Shown piece by piece: positions 57,769-64,000 of a DNA stretch of 64,000 nucleotides; within the stretch, counting starts at the first letter, position 1; every line of letters begins with the position of its first letter. This DNA is from Bacillota bacterium (lineage in GTDB: Bacteria > Bacillota > Sulfobacillia > Fermentithermobacillales > Fermentithermobacillaceae). Made by a program: the position numbers and the translations under genes. The stretch lies in the NCBI GenBank assembly GCA_050952065.1, contig JBMNKF010000007.1, forward strand, positions 76,412-140,411. Reading direction: 5' to 3'. The notes below the pieces were generated by a model, which was given only the letters and a program-made list of their open reading frames with translations, searched no databases and was not told where the DNA came from.

Positions 57769-60222
57769 ATGAACGTAGTATGGAAATGGCTAAACGATTA
57801 CGTAGATATCCCCTGGGACCCCCAAGAGGCAGCAAAGAGGTTTACGATGGCGGGGCTCAAAGTTGAGTCCCTGACTCACCAGCGTCTGGAGATATCGGGG
57901 GTTGTATCCGCAAGAGTGCTGGAAGTGGAGCGACACCCCCACAGGCCAGATCTTAAGGTGGGCATTCTCCACGACGGGAGCCAACGTCTTTCTGTGGTCA
58001 GCGGGGCGCCCGGGTTCGCCCAGGGCAACGTAGTATTCCTGGCCAGGCCGGGTTCGAGGCTTCCTGGAGGGCTCGCCATTTCGGCCATGGAAATCGACGG
58101 AGTTCCATCTCAAGGGATGGTCGTGTGTTCCAACGAGATACTGGCAGGGGAGCCTCACAGACCTGGCGAAGACATAATCGTCCTGTCGGGAGAAACGCGC
58201 CTTGGCAAGAGCATTCAGGAGCTTCTGGATCTAGACGATTACGTGATCGAACTCGAACTGACTGTCAATTATTCCCACTGCCTCTCCATGCTAGGGGTGG
58301 CAATAGAGGCTGCGGCTCTCACAGGAAGACCCCTCAAGCTGCCTAGAGTCCTGGAATCATGGGATTTCGCAGGGCCTTTGGGAAGTCGTCCGCCTGCCGA
58401 ACACTCCGATTACACCGGGAGACTCAGAATCGAGTTGCCCGACCCCGACCTTTGTCCTAGGTACATTGGCAAAGAGGTTAGGGATGTCGCTTTCGGGTAT
58501 TCCCCTATATGGATGGAAAGGCGCCTAATGCTTGCCGGGATGAGACCGATTAACGCTGTGGTGGATATAACCAACTACGTAATGCTAGAAACCGGGCAAC
58601 CTCTTCACGCTTTTGACCTCGACAAGATTCAAGGTGAGACCATAAGCGCCCGCCGGTCACGGCCCAAAGAGACCATACTCACGCTTGATGGAGAGACAAG
58701 AGATCTTGTTCCCGGCACTCTCGTCGTAGCCGATGAAAGCGGTCCGGTGGCTGTAGCTGGGGTTATGGGGAACCTGACTACAGAAGTCACTGCTTCAACA
58801 AGGAACATTCTATTGGAATCGGCATATTTCGATCCGCTCTCGGTGAGACGAACCTACCGCCAGATGAAACTCCGCACTGAAGCGGCCATTAGGTTCGAAA
58901 AGGGTATTGACCCGTCGGCTCAACCTGCAGTTGCCGAGAGAGCCGCATGTCTCATGGCTGAAATCGCCAACGGAAGACTAGGTCAGGGTTACGCGGAAGC
59001 GGATCACATGGATCACGCCGCAAAGTGCCTCAGGTTCCACGTAGGCGAGTTGCGGAGGACCCTTGGTATGGACATAGGTCAAGAAGCCTGCAGGCACATT
59101 TTGGAGTCCCTCAGATTCGGTGTGACTCCCATCAAAGAACGAGGAGGTCTTGTACTGGATGTGCGTGTTCCCCCCAGAAGGGTTGACATCGAGGAGGAGA
59201 TCGATCTTACCGAAGAGATAGCCCGGTACTATGGAGTCAACTATTTTGAGCCCCTTGATCTGGACAGAGCTGTACCCGGCGGACCGCCTGACAGGAGCTT
59301 TGTGAGAAAAGAGCGCATAAAAGACGTTCTGGTCTCTTTGGGCGGACTGGAGTGCGTCACCAATTCGCTCCTGGCGCCATCTGATGTTCAGGGGATGGGG
59401 TGGGACGAGGATGACCCAAGACGGAAACCTGTCCAGTTAATGAACCCATTGTCCTCCAACGAGTCTCTGTTGAGACCCAGTCTTCTGCCGGGGCTTCTCA
59501 AGGTAGCAGTCTCAAACCAACGTTCTAAGGTAGAAGGAGGACTGTTCTGGGAAATCGGGCGTGTGTTCTTCGACTCTTTGGGAGAGGAGTTACCCAGAGA
59601 AACCACTCAGCTTGCCATAATGGCCTACGGTGTCACTAGGCGCAAGACGTGGATACAAGACCAAGATGAAGCGTCCTTTTTTGGCATGAAGGGCATACTG
59701 GAGTCGTTTCTGTCTCTGATGGGAATGAGTGACGTCGTCTACATGCCCCGGGCAGGAATGCCGTTCCATCCCGGAAAATCTGCTAAGATCGCCGTAGGAG
59801 GGTCCACTCTAGGCGAGATGGGCGAGATTCACCCTTTGTGCTTGAAGAATTTCGATGCACAGGGGCCCTTGGTAATGGCATGGTTCTCGGTGGATGCTCT
59901 GTTGGCTCTCGCGACCGAGCCTTCCTATGTAGAGATCTCACGATTTATGCCGGTGGAAAGAGACTTGGCTGTGGTAGTGAGCGATGATACCCCGGTTGGA
60001 GACATCCTTCAGTGCATCCGGGCAACGAGCGAGAACCTGGTGTTGTTGGAGGTCTTCGATATTTGGAGAAAGCCTCCGGTGCCGGCAGGTAAGAAGAGCG
60101 TGGCCATGCGCCTTGTGTATCAGTCAAAGGAGAAAACTCTGACCGAAGAAGAGCTTGCAGGGGATAGAAAGAGGGTGCTGCAGGCCTTGTCCGCGGAGTT
60201 CGGCGCGGAGCAAAGGCTGTGA
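57769..60222 (+). CDS. pheT: Phenylalanine--tRNA ligase beta subunit
   Basis: MNVVWKWLNDYVDI... N-terminal tRNA-binding domain, B3/B4 and B5 domains, C-terminal FDX-ACB domain. Approx 817 aa from ATG 57769. Confidence 0.9.
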   Translation: MNVVWKWLNDYVDIPWDPQEAAKRFTMAGLKVESLTHQRLEISGVVSARVLEVERHPHRPDLKVGILHDGSQRLSVVSGAPGFAQGNVVFLARPGSRLPGGLAISAMEIDGVPSQGMVVCSNEILAGEPHRPGEDIIVLSGETRLGKSIQELLDLDDYVIELELTVNYSHCLSMLGVAIEAAALTGRPLKLPRVLESWDFAGPLGSRPPAEHSDYTGRLRIELPDPDLCPRYIGKEVRDVAFGYSPIWMERRLMLAGMRPINAVVDITNYVMLETGQPLHAFDLDKIQGETISARRSRPKETILTLDGETRDLVPGTLVVADESGPVAVAGVMGNLTTEVTASTRNILLESAYFDPLSVRRTYRQMKLRTEAAIRFEKGIDPSAQPAVAERAACLMAEIANGRLGQGYAEADHMDHAAKCLRFHVGELRRTLGMDIGQEACRHILESLRFGVTPIKERGGLVLDVRVPPRRVDIEEEIDLTEEIARYYGVNYFEPLDLDRAVPGGPPDRSFVRKERIKDVLVSLGGLECVTNSLLAPSDVQGMGWDEDDPRRKPVQLMNPLSSNESLLRPSLLPGLLKVAVSNQRSKVEGGLFWEIGRVFFDSLGEELPRETTQLAIMAYGVTRRKTWIQDQDEASFFGMKGILESFLSLMGMSDVVYMPRAGMPFHPGKSAKIAVGGSTLGEMGEIHPLCLKNFDAQGPLVMAWFSVDALLALATEPSYVEISRFMPVERDLAVVVSDDTPVGDILQCIRATSENLVLLEVFDIWRKPPVPAGKKSVAMRLVYQSKEKTLTEEELAGDRKRVLQALSAEFGAEQRL

Positions 60223-60225
60223 CAT

Positions 60226-61953
60226 ATGCACAAACGGGAAGTCGCTCAGTTGCTTCGGGCTATGGGAGCCCTTCTTGAGATAAAGGGTGAAGCAGGTTTC
60301 AAGGTTAGGGCTTACGATAGGGCTGCCCGGACTATCGAGCGCGGCGACTTTCCGCTTCTGGAGATGGCCACATCAGGCAGGCTTTCGGACATCCCCAATG
60401 TAGGCAAGAACCTTGAGCCAAAGATACGAGAACTCATCTTAACGGGGAGTTCTTCGTATCTGGAGAACCTCACAAGAGAGGTACCTTTGAGTTTGCTGGA
60501 CCTTCTCAAGGTTCCGGGCATTGGGCCAAAGACTGCAAGGATTCTGTACGAACGCTTGGGTGTGGCCGGCTTGGACGATCTTCAGGAGGCTCTAGAGACC
60601 CAAAAAGTGCAGTTCTTGCCTGGAATGGGTAAGAAGCGGCAAGATGAGATAGCCGCCGGTTTGCGGGAGATCCGCGAAAATGCGGGCAGCCTTAGTCTAG
60701 GGATAGCGCTGCCCGTGGCCGAAGACATCTTGGCTTCGTTGGCATCCAAAGACGTATCGGGAATCCTCGTGGGTGAACTGGGGCGCGGCCTGGAGACCGT
60801 TTCAGCCTTGGAGATCCTACTGGAACTCCGACCTGAGGATACCCCTGTGTCACTAGTGAGACGCTCTGGTATCATCCCTGTCCGAGATGGAGACATGCTG
60901 GAACGATCTTGGGATGCTGCGGGGGAGAAGCTTGTGTTCAGCACCGGACTTGGCATACCCCTGGTATTCCACTTCGCCCAGAAGGAAGATTTTTGGCCCA
61001 GGGCCATTTGGCTTACGGGGCCAAAGGAATACATCGAGCGTCTTGTACATAGGGGGTCACTGCGAGGACTGTGTTTTGATTCAAGGGGACTATTTCGTGA
61101 CTCATGTCGAGTTTTCGTTGAAGACGAAGAATCTTTCTTCGAGTTGATGGATTCTTCTCGGGTCCCGCCAGAAGTCAGGCATAGGGAGGAATTCCTGGCT
61201 TTGGCAGAAGCCGGAGAGAGTATCCACCTTGTTGGCCCACAAGACTTAAAGGGAGATCTGCACACTCACACGGTATGGTCCGATGGGATGGACTCCGTTG
61301 AGGCAATGGTCATCAAGGGCATCACAATGGGATACTCGTATATGGCCATCACTGATCACGCCACTTTCATGAAGATGATAGGTGGGGTTACTCCCGAAAA
61401 CATTGACGCTTACCTCGAGGACATCACCGAAGTTCAAGAGAGGCACCCGGATTTTCGGGTTCTGGCAGGGGTGGAGGTCGACGTGGCCAAGGATGGATCG
61501 CTTTATCTCGGTTCAGACGACTTGGCCCGTTTTGACCTGGTTGTTGCTTCAGTCCATCAAGATATCTCGAACGCAGGAGATCTCGTGGGGCGGTTAACAA
61601 AAGCTTGCGAGAACCCTCACGTTGACATCATTGGGCACCCTACCGGACGGCTCCTGGGAAGCCGTCCCGGAGTCACTTCGGGCCTTGAGCCCGTTTTTGA
61701 GGCGGCCGCAAGATGTGGCACCATGTTGGAGATCAACGCATCTCCTGATAGAATTGATCTTCCCGAAACCCTTGTGCGCCGCGCCTACGATCTAGGTGCG
61801 GGACTTGTAGTCTCATCAGACGCACACGGACCGGGCACCTTGGAGAATGTACGGTACGGTGTGGTTGCGTCACCAAGACGGGCAGGCCTGCCTCCAAAAG
61901 GAATAAAGAACACCCTTAAGCGGTTACCCCGGCTTCTGTGCAAGTTTTCATAA
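60226..61953 (+). CDS. polX: DNA polymerase/3'-5' exonuclease PolX (Pol-beta-like N-terminus + PHP domain)
   Basis: HhH motifs (GIGPKTA), Pol-beta palm, C-terminal PHP metal motifs (HTHTVWSDG, ITDH, SDAHG). Confidence 0.85.
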   Translation: MHKREVAQLLRAMGALLEIKGEAGFKVRAYDRAARTIERGDFPLLEMATSGRLSDIPNVGKNLEPKIRELILTGSSSYLENLTREVPLSLLDLLKVPGIGPKTARILYERLGVAGLDDLQEALETQKVQFLPGMGKKRQDEIAAGLREIRENAGSLSLGIALPVAEDILASLASKDVSGILVGELGRGLETVSALEILLELRPEDTPVSLVRRSGIIPVRDGDMLERSWDAAGEKLVFSTGLGIPLVFHFAQKEDFWPRAIWLTGPKEYIERLVHRGSLRGLCFDSRGLFRDSCRVFVEDEESFFELMDSSRVPPEVRHREEFLALAEAGESIHLVGPQDLKGDLHTHTVWSDGMDSVEAMVIKGITMGYSYMAITDHATFMKMIGGVTPENIDAYLEDITEVQERHPDFRVLAGVEVDVAKDGSLYLGSDDLARFDLVVASVHQDISNAGDLVGRLTKACENPHVDIIGHPTGRLLGSRPGVTSGLEPVFEAAARCGTMLEINASPDRIDLPETLVRRAYDLGAGLVVSSDAHGPGTLENVRYGVVASPRRAGLPPKGIKNTLKRLPRLLCKFS

Positions 61954-62004
61954 ACCTCTTAAGCCCGACATAGTCTACCTACGTGACTTCAGCGCACAAG
62001 AGGT

Positions 62005-62955
62005 GTGAGAGAGTTGCCTGCAAGACGGTTGGCGCTCACGATACTTGCCGTATTTGTGGCGTTTACTGCCTTTTTTTCCTTGGCGGTCTCTGATAGAGTG
62101 CCCGACTACCTTAGAGCACACGAGTCAGACGACCCTCTGCTTCCCGAAGATCCCCCTATGAGGCGCAGAGATGTGTACGAGTTAAAGTTGCGCTTGAGAG
62201 ACCTCGGTTTCTTCGATGGGGATATGGACGAGGAGTACGATGCAGAAGCCGTTCTGGCTGTGAAGGAATTCCAGAGTTCCTTCTGGCTTGCCCCTACGGG
62301 AATCGTAGACCAGGCCACTTGGAGGGCTTTGGGATACGGGGTTACGAGGGATGTAAGCGTTGCTACGGGCCCGCTTCCCGAAGGCGTAGTCCATCTTGAG
62401 GTGGATACCGACAGGCTTGAACTGACCGTGTATGTGGATTCGAAACCTTGGAAGACATATCCCGTGGCAGGAGGCAAATGGAGTGCTCTCACTCCCGTAG
62501 GAGAGTGGAAAATAGTCGATAAAGGTTACGAACAAGGTGGAGCTTTCGGAAGTCGTTGGATGGGTCTGGATGTACCGTGGGGCGGGTATGGGATACACGG
62601 TACAAATCGCCCTTGGTCCATAGGGACTTATGCCAGCGTAGGTTGCATTCGGATGTTCAACGAGGATGTGGAAGAACTCTACGAAATAGTTGAGATCGGC
62701 ACAAGAGTGGTAATCCGGGGACCTAGACCTTACCTCACTCTTGAGGCTCCTTTGGGAAAGGGAGCGATAGGACCTGAAGTGGTCATGCTGCAGGAGTGTC
62801 TAAAAGCTGCCGGCTTCGACCCAGGGGCCTGCGACGGCAGACTGGGAACCTTGACCGAATCGCAAATAGAAGAGGCAAGTTGGCTGTTCGGGTTGGGAGA
62901 CTCCCGTGTAGCCACAGCGGACCTCTACACGCTTTTGGGGATGAAAGGGAGGTAG
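62005..62955 (+). CDS. L,D-transpeptidase (YkuD) with PG_binding_1 domains
   Basis: N-terminal TM/signal, PG-binding domain (LGFFDGDMDEEYDAEAVLAVKEFQ), YkuD catalytic motif (HGT...SVGCIRM), second PG-binding-like segment. True start may be TTG 62014. Confidence 0.8.
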   Translation: MRELPARRLALTILAVFVAFTAFFSLAVSDRVPDYLRAHESDDPLLPEDPPMRRRDVYELKLRLRDLGFFDGDMDEEYDAEAVLAVKEFQSSFWLAPTGIVDQATWRALGYGVTRDVSVATGPLPEGVVHLEVDTDRLELTVYVDSKPWKTYPVAGGKWSALTPVGEWKIVDKGYEQGGAFGSRWMGLDVPWGGYGIHGTNRPWSIGTYASVGCIRMFNEDVEELYEIVEIGTRVVIRGPRPYLTLEAPLGKGAIGPEVVMLQECLKAAGFDPGACDGRLGTLTESQIEEASWLFGLGDSRVATADLYTLLGMKGR

Positions 62956-62957
62956 CT

Positions 62958-64000
62958 ATGGCGAAGAATCTAGCCCTCCGTAGAAGGTGCCTGATGACAC
63001 TTGTCGGTGCCGTGTTTTTCGCGCTCCCATTTGCGCTCTCAAGTTGCACATTGCGGCGCCAGGTCTTGCCTCAAGAACTTTCTTTTCAAGGACTCGTCCT
63101 TACGGTTTGGGACTGTATGGAACCATCGTTTCAGGGAACCGATGCATACCAGACCCGGGTCAAATCGGTGGTGGACAGGTTTTCCGAAGAGTACCAGGTC
63201 AAGGTCGAAGTCGAGTTCAAGGAAAGACGAGAAATACTCAGTCTCCTTATGGGCGAAAGCCAAGAACTGGATCCTCCGTGTCTGTCATATTCCACGGAAT
63301 GGCCTGTCATCTCCGACGACGCTCAAGGTCTTACAGAGCTTTTGAGCGCCGATGACTATTTGGATGGAGCGGCGACGTATTGGATGCTTGACGGCAAGCT
63401 CATGGGTGTCCCGTCTTACGTTCATTGGGTGGGCATGGCCGCTAGGTCGTCTATCTTGCCTCTCACGGGCATTCCGTCTGACTCGGGCTACTGGTACGAT
63501 TCCCAATGGTTTCTCCCCTCGGCCATAGAAGGCCCCGGAACTGATTACAGTGCTGCGTCGGCCATCTCGTATCTTGAATACCTGAAGTCGTCGTGCAAAG
63601 AAGCGCTGAGCGATCCTCTGGATGCGTGGGATCGTGGTGTTGTTTCAACCTTGTTTCCGGTGACGCCGCACCTATACAGATGGCTTCGGACATCCTATGA
63701 GGATGAAGTTGGCCTCAGTCCAATTCCCGGCGCCTCGGGCGAGATGCGTTTTCACTGTACCGTACCGGGGTACATGGTCTTTTCAGAGGAGGAGCCCCAT
63801 CGTTCTTGTGCTTTATTATTGGCCAAAGAGCTAGCCGCCAACCGAGGGGTCTGGGTAGCAAGAAGCATAGGGGGAGTGCCTGCGGCCGTCCAGGATATGC
63901 CCGTCTACGATCTGGAAGCAGGTATCCCAGAGGACTACAGACAGATCATTCGCGGCCTCGATAGCCAGATCGCACAAGCGGCTTTGACTTCGGGAGAGGG
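62958..64000 (+). CDS. ABC-transporter solute-binding lipoprotein (family-1-like), 3'-partial; not in supplied ORF track
   Basis: ATG 62958 preceded by AGGGAGG. Open frame continues to the window end without a stop. Signal plus lipobox (FALPFALSSC), then LVLTVWDCMEPSFQGTDAYQTRVKSVVDRFSEEYQVKVEV typical of SBP_bac_1 N-terminus. Confidence 0.6.
   Translation, partial: MAKNLALRRRCLMTLVGAVFFALPFALSSCTLRRQVLPQELSFQGLVLTVWDCMEPSFQGTDAYQTRVKSVVDRFSEEYQVKVEVEFKERREILSLLMGESQELDPPCLSYSTEWPVISDDAQGLTELLSADDYLDGAATYWMLDGKLMGVPSYVHWVGMAARSSILPLTGIPSDSGYWYDSQWFLPSAIEGPGTDYSAASAISYLEYLKSSCKEALSDPLDAWDRGVVSTLFPVTPHLYRWLRTSYEDEVGLSPIPGASGEMRFHCTVPGYMVFSEEEPHRSCALLLAKELAANRGVWVARSIGGVPAAVQDMPVYDLEAGIPEDYRQIIRGLDSQIAQAALTSGE

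Noticed and set aside
60582-61265. 227-aa Ser-rich minus-strand ORF
   Set aside because: Antisense to polX, which is a strongly supported Pol-beta + PHP gene.

Overview
The window is a 64 kb chromosomal segment from a bacterium, most likely an endospore-forming Firmicute (Bacillota) with fairly GC-rich coding sequence. Evidence for that lineage: sporulation/germination-type genes (GerMN lipoprotein, YtxC-like, DUF3794/SipL-like repeat protein, SplB-like radical SAM), an SLH-domain protein, T-box leaders in front of thrS and pheST, the gene order ytxC-thrS-infC-rpmI-rplT, and a six-tRNA cluster. Most of the window is housekeeping or accessory metabolism:
- 3' end of dnaE, rsmD, a six-tRNA cluster, exoIII, thrS, infC, rpmI, rplT, a TrmH-family methyltransferase, pheS, pheT, PolX and an L,D-transpeptidase.
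- An OmpR/HK two-component pair.
- A five-gene Opp/Dpp peptide ABC importer and a five-gene Liv branched-chain amino-acid importer, followed by a two-subunit aconitase-X (AcnX) dehydratase.
- An MFS transporter, M28 peptidase, patatin-like lipase and creatininase-family hydrolase.
- An ecsA/ecsB-like ABC pair co-operonic with an SDH-family serine protease and facing a CPBP intramembrane protease.
- A PspA/IM30 gene preceded by two unusual membrane proteins.
- An IS21 element (istA/istB) next to an N-terminally truncated fpg/nei remnant.
The most interesting region is 1502-6210. It is a tightly packed, translationally coupled operon: AIR-synthase-related protein, TM/coiled-coil protein, DUF1257(Ycf35-like), two tandem DUF2997-like mini-proteins, a classical AAA ATPase and an Nfu-type Fe-S domain protein. 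This module is conserved but functionally uncharacterised. All calls rest on reading the six-frame translations and recognising motifs; no database search was run.
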